Below are positions 39,365 through 47,708 of a DNA stretch of 64,000 bases, in pieces. The translations under genes and the position numbers were made by a program. Source of the DNA: Ostreococcus lucimarinus (taxonomy: Eukaryota); NCBI GenBank assembly GCA_000092065.1, contig CP000581.1. One strand, given 5' to 3'. The notes below the pieces were generated by a model that saw nothing but the letters and a program-made list of their open reading frames with translations, had not been told where the DNA came from and did not search any database. How positions within the stretch are numbered: position 1 is the stretch's first letter; every line of letters begins with the position of its first letter.

Positions 39365-39967
39365 TTAATTACAGTAATATCCGAAGATCAGCGACTGGAT
39401 GCAGAAGTCACCCAAAGTGTCGTCCGTGCCGTATAGTATCGGAAGCAAGATGGCGGCGCCGATGTTTCCGAGCGAAAAGAATGAAAGCAAAAACGCGCAG
39501 AATACGACGACGCCTTTGATTTGTGCTGGGTCGGTGAAGAAGTTGGAATACGTCCCAATGTACAAATCAGGATCTTCGCGATCGCCCACGCGATCGCCCT
39601 CTTGCGGCATGCGCCCTTTCACTCGCATATTTTCATCGTCATCGCCGTACGCGCGCGCGACGACGACGGACGTGCGCGAGTAGACATTCTTCTTGACTGC
39701 CACCGTCGCGCGCGATCGCGCCGTCGTCCTGGTCGATGTCGACGATGATGAGCGCGCACGCATCGCACACACCGACCGCTCGATCGTCATCGCCGATGTC
39801 GTCGCCATCGCGATCGCCAACGCGCGCGCGTCGTGATGTCGGGTGGTGGAGACTTTTTGCACCGCACGGAGAGTCGACGAGTCAGCGCAAGGTGGATCGC
39901 TAGAGAGAACTAAGATGATATACAATGATATACAACGACAAGCGAACTCGGCGGCGTCCAAACTCAA
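39365..39967 (-). CDS. Possible small membrane protein. Only the C-terminal ~85 aa look coding ('...DLYIGTYSNFFTDPAQIKGVVVFCAFLLSFFSLGNIGAAILLPILYG...').
   Basis: Two hydrophobic helices at the C-terminus. The upstream part is R/S-rich and probably spurious. Confidence 0.3.
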   Translation of the reverse strand: MSLDAAEFACRCISLYIILVLSSDPPCADSSTLRAVQKVSTTRHHDARALAIAMATTSAMTIERSVCAMRARSSSSTSTRTTARSRATVAVKKNVYSRTSVVVARAYGDDDENMRVKGRMPQEGDRVGDREDPDLYIGTYSNFFTDPAQIKGVVVFCAFLLSFFSLGNIGAAILLPILYGTDDTLGDFCIQSLIFGYYCN

Positions 39968-39969
39968 AG

Positions 39970-40716
39970 CTACGGCGCGCCACCGAACGTAGGTGCGGTG
40001 GCCGCGGGAGCGGACGGCGCGGCTCCATCCACTCCTAGCGGCGCCGCGGCGACGCGCGCGCGCTCAGCGCTCTGTTCGCGAATCTGCGACTCGAGCGTAT
40101 TGATTTCGCGAGCTAGCGCTGCACCTCGGGCGAATACCATATCCCGCTCGATCGCCGCCGCCCGAGCATTCTGCTGCGCGCGATGTAAGAGTAAGGATTC
40201 CACGAACGCGCGTTCGTTTGCGTCCAGCGGCGCCCCGTCGGCCGAAGCCGCAAGTCGTTCTTCGACTTTCGGCAGCATCGCGCGCACGTCGCCAACGAAT
40301 GTGGACGCTTCCTCGGCGAACACTTCCAAGTCTCGCGTCCACGCCTCTTCTCGAGCGAGTTTCAACACGCCCTCTATTTCGTTGCCTCCGTTTGCGGGCT
40401 TCGGATTCCACCTCGGGTCCCACCCAACGTCTTCCGGTCCCGCGTACGCGTGAAACGCGAGCAATCTATCGCGGGCGTCTTCCACGGATGTAAACGCATC
40501 TTTCCCGCCCTGTCGAGTCAAGCACGCGATGGCCTCCGCGCCGTCTTCTCTCGCGCGCACGCTCGCAGTCTGCGTCAAGCGCGAGACCTCACCGGGGGCG
40601 GGGACGCGCACGTCTACGTCTGAGGACGCCGCGTTCGTCGTCGCGTTCGTCGTCGCGTGCGTCGCCGCGTTCGTCGTCGCGTCTTCGTCGTCGTCTCCCG
40701 ACCGCGACGCCGCCAT
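39970..40716 (-). CDS. Hypothetical protein (248 aa), acidic N-terminus
   Basis: ORF with ATG and coding-like composition. No domain recognised. Confidence 0.4.
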   Translation of the reverse strand: MAASRSGDDDEDATTNAATHATTNATTNAASSDVDVRVPAPGEVSRLTQTASVRAREDGAEAIACLTRQGGKDAFTSVEDARDRLLAFHAYAGPEDVGWDPRWNPKPANGGNEIEGVLKLAREEAWTRDLEVFAEEASTFVGDVRAMLPKVEERLAASADGAPLDANERAFVESLLLHRAQQNARAAAIERDMVFARGAALAREINTLESQIREQSAERARVAAAPLGVDGAAPSAPAATAPTFGGAP

Positions 40717-40739
40717 CTCGACGTCGAAGCGGACGCAAA

Positions 40740-41792
40740 GTGCGGACGCGGCGCGCGGACGGACGCCACTGGACGGCGCCTTTCATGACAAAGTTTGAGT
40801 CGTGCGCGAAGGGCGCCGACCGCAGGGGCGCGGTCGTGGCCGAGGACGTGCTCCTCGGCGACGCGTACGACGTTCCCGACGATGGCGTCGAAGTGGACGC
40901 GAAAACCGGGGAATTGCGCGCGCACCGCGACGACGACGAAACGACGGATGCCGAGCGTGTTGCGTTGGCTAAAGCGCGCGCGACGACGACGGGGGCGGCG
41001 TCGGCGCACAGGGTGTTCGTAGACGTCGTAAAAACCGATGCCTCCGACGCTTGCGAACCGACGGCGACGGTCGTGATGGAGTTTCACGCCCACGACGAAG
41101 ACTCGACGACAAACGCGGCGCGCGCGTTGGAGTGGTTTGACAACGCGTTCGAGACGCGAACGAGTGGGCAATCGTACGTGGGAGCGGGCGTGCGCGTGAT
41201 TGAGAACGGGAAGATACTACAGATAGAAGCACCCATCGCGTACGAGGCGACGAAGAAGACGAAGAGGGCGACGACGATCCGCGAGGTGACGCCGAGGGAC
41301 GCGTGGTTGGACGAAGGCGAGGTGCGCGTTTTCCTTGGCGCGAGCGCGGCGAGTTCGGCGGCGCTTAAGATTCCGGAGAGGGCGACGTACTTGGGTAAAG
41401 CGAGTGAGAGCTCATTCATCAACTTGGTCGACGCTATTTCGCGCTCGATGGATATCTTCATACGCGATGGTGCCGCGCGCGTCGGCGTGTGCGGGGCGCT
41501 TTTGGACGAACGCGGCGGCACGCGGGAAAACACGCTCGTGGACTTGAACCGTAAAAGAGTGGAACTCGAAACTGCGAAGCTCCATGAGCGAAACGAAACC
41601 GTGGACGCCACGAAGAAACGGCTCGCGCAAGAATCTGAGGCTTTGAGCGATCGCGTACGCGATGCTGTCCTGTACGCCTCTCGAGCGAAAAAGGCGAAGG
41701 AGCGCGTCGGCGGCGGCAAGCCGACCTGGGACATCCTCGCGGACGAAAGCGATAGCGATAGCGATAACGATAGGGACGTTGAGCATGGATAG
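40740..41792 (+). CDS. Hypothetical protein with a globular N-terminal domain, a coiled-coil, and an acidic Ser/Asp C-terminal tail
   Basis: 'RKRVELETAKLHERNETVDATKKRLAQESEALSDRVRDA' is coiled-coil. C-terminal 'DESDSDSDNDRD'. Confidence 0.4.
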   Translation: MRTRRADGRHWTAPFMTKFESCAKGADRRGAVVAEDVLLGDAYDVPDDGVEVDAKTGELRAHRDDDETTDAERVALAKARATTTGAASAHRVFVDVVKTDASDACEPTATVVMEFHAHDEDSTTNAARALEWFDNAFETRTSGQSYVGAGVRVIENGKILQIEAPIAYEATKKTKRATTIREVTPRDAWLDEGEVRVFLGASAASSAALKIPERATYLGKASESSFINLVDAISRSMDIFIRDGAARVGVCGALLDERGGTRENTLVDLNRKRVELETAKLHERNETVDATKKRLAQESEALSDRVRDAVLYASRAKKAKERVGGGKPTWDILADESDSDSDNDRDVEHG

Positions 41793-41951
41793 CGCGGTAG
41801 CGATTGTTTTAATTGGGAATCATGTCAAATTCAAAGTTCTAATGTGGAAACGCGAACGTTTCGCTAAAAAGCGTGCTCTTGGAAGGATTGACGTCGCTCG
41901 TCGTCGAAGACGACGAAGTTGTAAATAAACCTCCCTTATCCCGCGTTTTTT

Positions 41952-42361
41952 TTACTTCCACCATGGAGGATTCTGGCCGGTCCGGAAGTCAGCTTCAGTC
42001 CACGGCGTAAACGTCACCACGTCGGAGTCCGTCACGACGACGTGGGCGAGGGCCAAGGAAAGTGGAGCCGGACCGCGAATCACCTTCCCGTCGGCGTTGT
42101 ACTGGGAGCCGTGGCACGGGCACTTGAACTTGTTCTCGGCCTTGTTCCACGGGACGACGCAGCCCAAGTGCGTGCACACAGCGTTCAACCCGAAGTCCGT
42201 GAGGGAACCATCTTGCTTGACGATCAAGTACGTGGCGTCACCCTTCAAGCCTTGCGTGAGCGAGTAGTCGCCCGGCAAGTGCGTCTTGAGCCATTCTCCC
42301 TTCTTGATGTCGTTACCATTCGCGTCCTTAGCCGGTTGACCGGCGCCGCCGCCGCCGGCGC
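41952..42361 (-). CDS. petC: Cytochrome b6-f complex Rieske iron-sulfur subunit (PetC), exon 2 (Gly hinge plus Rieske [2Fe-2S] domain)
   Basis: '[20 protein letters not shown]' hinge, '[46 protein letters not shown]' and the PetC-specific C-terminus '[11 protein letters not shown]'. The acceptor is 'cacag' preceded by a CTGAC branch-like site. Confidence 0.85.
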
Positions 42362-42736
42362 TGTGCGTTCAAAACAGTTTTATCCGTCAGTCTCCTCGCG
42401 TTGCGCGCACTATTGTTCAATCCAATCCCAAGAACGGCGTCGCGACCGTTTCGAATCGCTCCCTCAGCCCGATCGCCCGCCGCGAGGCGTCGTGGTAGAG
42501 TTTGAACTCTACGCCTGCGTCGACCGTGGCGAGATCGAGTGCCGTAGTATCGCGTGTGCTTCCCCTCCGCGCCACCGCTCTCTCGCGGTGGCGACGGCGC
42601 GGTCAGCGCAATCCATGGCGCCGCGTCCGGGTGTGGATAGATATCCCTGACCCTAGCCTAACGTTGTGCCGTCTCGCGCGATCGGATAGCGATCGCGCTC
42701 GTGGCGATCGCGACGCGCGCGCGTCGCTGTGCGCAC

Positions 42737-42978
42737 CTCGGGGGCACGAAGAAGTAGGCATAGCCGCCGATCAACGACGTCGCCGGCAAACCGATCGCAC
42801 CGACGAGCAGAAGGTTCATAACGCTTCGCTTCGTCATATCCGGCACGTCCGCGGATGCGCTCGCCGCGCGGGGCACGACCGTGCGCGCGCTGCGCGCGGC
42901 GTTGCGCTTGACGGGCGCGCGCTGCGCGCGCACGCGGGTGCACCCGAGTTTTTGGGTCGTCGAGAGAGAGAACGCCAT
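42737..42978 (-). CDS. petC: PetC exon 1 (transit peptide plus membrane anchor). A GT donor follows '...[10 protein letters not shown]'. The intron is about 375 nt (about 42362..42736).
   Basis: '[80 protein letters not shown]' matches the PetC presequence and the 'DVPDMxKR..MN.LL.GA' anchor. Confidence 0.8.
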
Positions 42979-43444
42979 GGTGTGTGCGACGATCACGCGC
43001 GCGAGTGACGCGCGCGACGTCGACGGACGTCCGCGGATGCACGCGGATGGCCCCGTCGCGGACGTCGATCGTCGATCGTCGATCGTTTTTGACCCGTGTG
43101 CGAAATCAATCACGTACATCACGGCATTCGAACGCCATGACGCTCGCGATCACGCGCGCGCGATAAAATCAATCCCGCCGCGACGCGCGTCCGACAGTCC
43201 GAGCGCCCGGTCGTCGCGCGCGGGGACGGACGTCGCTCGACGTCGCCCGGCAGACGACGGACGTCCGCGCGGACATGGCGGGGCGATGGACGATCGAGGC
43301 GCGAACGTGACGAGGAGAGCGAAACAAAGCCGAAGCCGGGCGACGACCCGGTGCGGCGCGGTCCGAGGGGCTGCCAATCGCGGCGACGGCTCGGGCGACC
43401 GAGCGCCCGCCATTGCGGGAGCGGATTGAAACAAACAATCCCGA

Positions 43445-43474
43445 CGCGTCTTGACGCGTCTTGACGCGTCTTGA
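43445..43474. promoter_or_regulatory. Three tandem copies of the 10-bp unit ACGCGTCTTG (MCB/MluI-box-like ACGCGT core), immediately upstream of the ARL GTPase start
   Basis: 'acgcgtcttg acgcgtcttg acgcgtcttg acgcgcgcga' is seen directly. Its function is an inference. Confidence 0.3.
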
Positions 43475-44094
43475 CGCGCGCGAACGCCCGAATGGAAGCG
43501 GTGTATGAGATGATGGGCTATCCCAAGCCCAAACGCGTGGTCGTGCTCGGAATTCAGGGCGCCGGGAAGACGAGCGCGCTCGAACGCGTCAAGGACGCGT
43601 ACGACGCAAACGCCAGAGGTTTGCGCCCCGATCAAATCATATCCACTGTAGGGATGAACATAGCCAAGATCTCCAATGCCGAACTCAACGTGGAGCTCAC
43701 GTTCTGGGATCTCGGCGGCGCGTTCGGGCTGCGTGGGATTTGGGAGAGCTATTTCCAGGACGCCGACGCGTGCTTGTACGTCGTCGACGGCGCCGAAGAG
43801 CGAGCGCTGGAGGAGTCCATGGTCGAGCTTGAGCGCGCCATGCGCAACAAACGATTCTCAAAATCGATGCCAATCCTCATCATCAGCGCGAAGAGCGATT
43901 TGAGCGGTCCCGAAGGGTTGGAAATGGTTCGCGCGTCGTGCGAAGACGTCTTCGCGCGCGTCGACGGCGGCGGCTCTCGGCGTCAGACCCGCGTGTTCCC
44001 GGTCGATTGTCGCACGGGACTAGGGGTAAAACCCGCGATCGAATGGCTCGCTCGCGCCCTCGCGCCGTCTTCGTCGCTGTTTAGTTTGTCATAG
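43471..44094 (+). CDS. Atypical ARF-like small GTPase. The likely ATG is near 43492 (MEAVYEMMGY...).
   Basis: G1 'GIQGAGKTS'. G3 'WDLGGA' has Ala where the catalytic Gln is expected. G4 'ISAKSD' is Ala-Lys-Ser-Asp where NKxD is expected. Confidence 0.7.
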   Translation: MTRANARMEAVYEMMGYPKPKRVVVLGIQGAGKTSALERVKDAYDANARGLRPDQIISTVGMNIAKISNAELNVELTFWDLGGAFGLRGIWESYFQDADACLYVVDGAEERALEESMVELERAMRNKRFSKSMPILIISAKSDLSGPEGLEMVRASCEDVFARVDGGGSRRQTRVFPVDCRTGLGVKPAIEWLARALAPSSSLFSLS

Positions 44095-44309
44095 CGCGTC
44101 CCTGGCGCGGTGTAAAATTTCTCGTCTCAGTCTCTCGGTCGCTTCGACGTCCGTGTTTAGCTCCCTGATGTGGATAGCGTTCCGTTGGATTTTCGCGGTT
44201 CAGGAACGGCGAGACGGACCGCGACTCGTGTTGACGCCATTTGTTCGCGCGCGCGGCGCCGCGTCGCTCGCGTCGTCGTCGTGAATTGCGACCTTGATCG
44301 TTTGATCGA

Positions 44310-45482
44310 GTGCGCCGCGTAGCCATGGTGTCTGTCGCCGTCGCTCGTCCGCGCGTCGCGCACGCGTCAACACACGCGCGCGAGCGGCGTCAACGCGCGA
44401 GCGGCGCGAGACGCTCGAACGCGCCGCGCGCGTTTTTGGCGTCGTCGACGGCGGTGCACGCGAACGATGCGTCGTCGTGCGCGATGCTGAAACGCGCGAG
44501 TTGGAGAGGTAAATATGCGCTGAATGTGCGCGCGTCGTCGACGTCGAGCGCGTCCGAAGTGGCCGATCGCAACGGCGCCGACGGTGGCGGTGAAGCCAAC
44601 GGGTCGGCGACCACCGGCGCGGGAACCTCCTTCACCGCGCTTGACGATTCGTTTCGCGGATTAGAGGGCACAGAATGGTTTTCGCGTGATTTCTCCGAGA
44701 GTGGCAGACGATTCAGTGAGGTTTTTCCCGTGAGATTCGCCGAAGTGGGTTCCAACGGCGAGGCGACCATGGTGACGATAGCCGACTTGATTCAAGAGTG
44801 CGCCTGCAATCACGCGCAAGGTATCTGGGGTGTCGGTCAATCTATGCCGGCGGAGATGGCGCGAGCAAACTTGGCGTGGGTGTGTACCAGACTTCACTTG
44901 CGCGTGCGCAAGTACCCGAAATGGGGGGAGAAGGTTGCGGTGAGCACTTGGTTCGAACCTCAAGGGAAGATAGCGGCTAGGCGCGACTACGCCATCACGG
45001 ACGCGCAAACTGGAGAATGCATGGGCGAAGCGACGTCGCAATGGGTTGTGTTTAATCTCGGGAGTCGAAGAATGGCGCGCATCCCGAACTCGGTGTTGGA
45101 AGATTTCAAATTCCAATCCTTGCAGCAACAGGTGATGGAGGAAGGATACGCCGCGGATAAGCTCCCAGACGTGTCTGAAGTCGGGGGAGCGTGCGCGGCT
45201 CCCATCACGCATAACGTGCGCCGTAACGACATGGATATGAACGGACACGTAAACAATGTCGTGTACGTTCAATGGCTACTCGAGAGCGTGCCCCCGGAAA
45301 CGTGGGAAAAGCACGTGTTGAGTGAAATTATCTTGGAGTATCGATCCGAGTGCAACTTTGGCGACAGCGTCACGGCGACGTGCTGCGAGATTGAAGAGGC
45401 AAACGATACCTACGTGCTCCTACATAAATTAGCGCGAGGCGAGGGTGAAATAGTTCGAGCAAAGACGGTCTGGAGGAAGTAA
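44310..45482 (+). CDS. FAT: Acyl-[acyl-carrier-protein] thioesterase (FatA/FatB type) with a plastid transit peptide
   Basis: Double hot-dog acyl-ACP TE: 'IADLIQECACNHAQ...ANLAWVCTRLHLRVRKYPKWGEKV' and 'RRNDMDMNGHVNNVVYVQWLLESVP'. Confidence 0.85.
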   Translation: MRRVAMVSVAVARPRVAHASTHARERRQRASGARRSNAPRAFLASSTAVHANDASSCAMLKRASWRGKYALNVRASSTSSASEVADRNGADGGGEANGSATTGAGTSFTALDDSFRGLEGTEWFSRDFSESGRRFSEVFPVRFAEVGSNGEATMVTIADLIQECACNHAQGIWGVGQSMPAEMARANLAWVCTRLHLRVRKYPKWGEKVAVSTWFEPQGKIAARRDYAITDAQTGECMGEATSQWVVFNLGSRRMARIPNSVLEDFKFQSLQQQVMEEGYAADKLPDVSEVGGACAAPITHNVRRNDMDMNGHVNNVVYVQWLLESVPPETWEKHVLSEIILEYRSECNFGDSVTATCCEIEEANDTYVLLHKLARGEGEIVRAKTVWRK

Positions 45483-45611
45483 AGACAAAGTAGCGCGAGC
45501 GATAATATCTCGGCGGTGGCGAAGCATCGAACGACGTGTAAATGAAAATAGCAAACGACGCGACTGCGCATTCCTTCGCCACACATCACCACTTCGCTAC
45601 GCGCGGCGACC

Positions 45612-47444
45612 ATGTACCCACGCGTGGATGCCTCAATAGCCCTGTCGTGCGTCTGCGTGTTCTCATTGTCGGTACTCGCGCTCGCTGTCGAGTGTGTTGG
45701 AGACTTTGTGAACGACGTCGAACGACTCGCACAGTGTGAGTCCGTTGCTGGTGGCAACCTAACTTTCTCCAGTGTCGACGAAGTCATCGGACCTCGATTG
45801 CGTTACATCACCAATGGATCGATCATCATCACAAACGTGTCTAATTCATCCATTCTATTTCCACGCCTGTTGAGCGTTCACGGTGGCTCCGTGCGTGTTC
45901 ACGACTACGGCGGTCGGTTGAAGCGTCTCGAAGGATTTCATGCGCTTGAATTGATTGAGGGAGATCTTGAGATTTCTGAGGCCCCAAACTTGACTGGCTG
46001 GGATGCGTTCACGTCGCTGTCGCGGGTCACTGGAAGTGTGACGCTGAAAACGCTCGCAATTGCGACGGTGGGGCTTCCATCTCTCATGGATGTGGGCATA
46101 TTCACAGCTCGCGGTTTGCCTGCGCTCAACTCGCTCAAAGGACTCGAAAATCTTCGTTCGGTGAGAAAACTAGAACTGGACTCCGAATACGAATCATGGT
46201 CGTTCGGTGAGTGTGGATCGATAAACGTTACCGCCACGCCGCCAGTGCGAAACGTGTGCAACGACTCGCACATGACGTGCGTGGATAATCGATGCGTTGA
46301 AACGCTCTTGTCGACGCTCGCAAACGCGATAGAAGTTCGAACATTTACGTCGCTCGTTCTTCACGATGAACTCTATAGTCGGCGATTTCAGACTATATCG
46401 GGACACGCGATGACGACCGTGTTCGCGCCGAAAGACATAGCCTGGTACCATCGAAACTTGACGACTCCCGCTCGCGCGACCGCAGCAGAGCGCTCCGATA
46501 TCATCGCGGCGCACGTGGTAATGAGCTCTTCCAATCATGCGCTTCGACATGGTCAGCGCCTAATCACCGATTTGGGCGTCAAAGAGGTAATGGTGAGTGC
46601 GTCTTCTGACACTGTTGCACACTCGCTTGTCGCAATCGAAACGGGACGTCGTCGGATCGTGCTCGGCGGATTTCCGGTGAAAGAGACGCGTTGTAGAGTG
46701 TACGGTACCGCAACGTTTTTTTGGAAAGAGTGTCTACCATCCATGTACACGGAAATAATCGTAAAATCGTCGGATGCCCGACTAGGCGTGGAGAGCAAAT
46801 TTTCGCGCGCTGAGCAATCGATAGGACCTATATTTGCCTCACTCGAGAGCCGCGCTGATGGAGACGACGCGTTCTCGGAGGAAGACTTGGATTTCGAAGA
46901 AGAGTACGTGCGCGCGCTACTGTTTGACGAAATCATAGCGCCGTCGTCGTCATCGTCGTCATCGTCGTCCGCATTCGCGTCGAACTCGAACGTGCACGGC
47001 GCTATCGTGGATTCTGCTAGAAGATCATCCAACGGAATCGTACTCATCGTGGATGGAACCTTGTTTCCGAGAAGACTTGACAGAGTGCCTGCGCCGCAGG
47101 CAAACGGTTCGAGCTCGCCGATTCCATCGCGTCCACCGCCGACGCCGACGCCACAATTTTTGTCTCCACCGTCACCACCAGCTCAAAGACCACCGCCACC
47201 AATCCTTGGTTCATTCAATCCAATATATTGGCAAACACGCCCGCCGCCTCCGTCCGCAACTGCTGGAAGTGCGCGCGAGCCGCCGCCGTCACCACCTCCT
47301 TCAAAAGGCTCGTGCCTCGCGGTGCTTCCAAATATTTGCGGGCTGTGTGATTTCACGGACGACGCCGCACCGTGCTGCTGTGACAGTGAGTGCGCGCAAA
47401 CTGGAGATTGTTGTTCGGACTATGCCGTGGTCTGCCTGTCGTAG
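45612..47444 (+). CDS. Secreted multidomain protein: signal peptide, receptor-L-like (LRR beta-helix) domain, fasciclin (FAS1) domain, Ser/Pro-rich linker, and a C-terminal somatomedin-B-like Cys knot
   Basis: Signal peptide 'ALSCVCVFSLSVLALAVEC'. 'GNLTFSSVDEV...ITNGSIIITNVSNSS...LELIEGDLEISEAPNLTG' is receptor-L-like. 'TVFAPKDIAWYHRNL' is FAS1. 'CGLCDFTDDAAPCCCDSECAQTGDCCSDYAVVC' is SMB-like. Confidence 0.6.
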   Translation: MYPRVDASIALSCVCVFSLSVLALAVECVGDFVNDVERLAQCESVAGGNLTFSSVDEVIGPRLRYITNGSIIITNVSNSSILFPRLLSVHGGSVRVHDYGGRLKRLEGFHALELIEGDLEISEAPNLTGWDAFTSLSRVTGSVTLKTLAIATVGLPSLMDVGIFTARGLPALNSLKGLENLRSVRKLELDSEYESWSFGECGSINVTATPPVRNVCNDSHMTCVDNRCVETLLSTLANAIEVRTFTSLVLHDELYSRRFQTISGHAMTTVFAPKDIAWYHRNLTTPARATAAERSDIIAAHVVMSSSNHALRHGQRLITDLGVKEVMVSASSDTVAHSLVAIETGRRRIVLGGFPVKETRCRVYGTATFFWKECLPSMYTEIIVKSSDARLGVESKFSRAEQSIGPIFASLESRADGDDAFSEEDLDFEEEYVRALLFDEIIAPSSSSSSSSSAFASNSNVHGAIVDSARRSSNGIVLIVDGTLFPRRLDRVPAPQANGSSSPIPSRPPPTPTPQFLSPPSPPAQRPPPPILGSFNPIYWQTRPPPPSATAGSAREPPPSPPPSKGSCLAVLPNICGLCDFTDDAAPCCCDSECAQTGDCCSDYAVVCLS

Positions 47445-47708
47445 TACAGTAGAAGAGATCTGAATTAGAGCAAAGTCAGTCGCGTGCGGTTGAGCGGATC
47501 GCTTGCTTTCGGAAAATGCGTTTTGTCGTCTCATGCGTCCTTTCGAGGACGGAATATGCTGATTTCATCGATCGCACAGCCTAATTACCAGCGCACAACC
47601 GTCATCTAGCGATACTGATCATCAGTGGGTCATCATTAACGTCGCGTTTGCTCGAGTTGTCGTCCCCTCGCTTCCCGCACCTTGGATTTAAAATATTTGA
47701 ACCGACCG

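Noticed and set aside
40740-41792. Idea that the coiled-coil protein is an XRCC4/PAXX-like DNA-repair scaffold
   Set aside because: Only the gross architecture is shared (a globular head plus one long helix and an acidic tail). There are no sequence motifs I can defend.
42290-42310. Apparent +1 frameshift in petC exon 2 at a C-run. By hand the 'DIKK' and 'GEWLKTH' parts appeared to be in frames offset by one nucleotide.
   Set aside because: The provided track ORFs on both strands (41952..42278 minus and 42042..42650 plus) translate straight through this spot and match PetC. My single-nucleotide reading at a line boundary is unreliable; I found similar ±1 disagreements with the track at other line starts. 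The cause is most likely a transcription error on my side, not a pseudogene.
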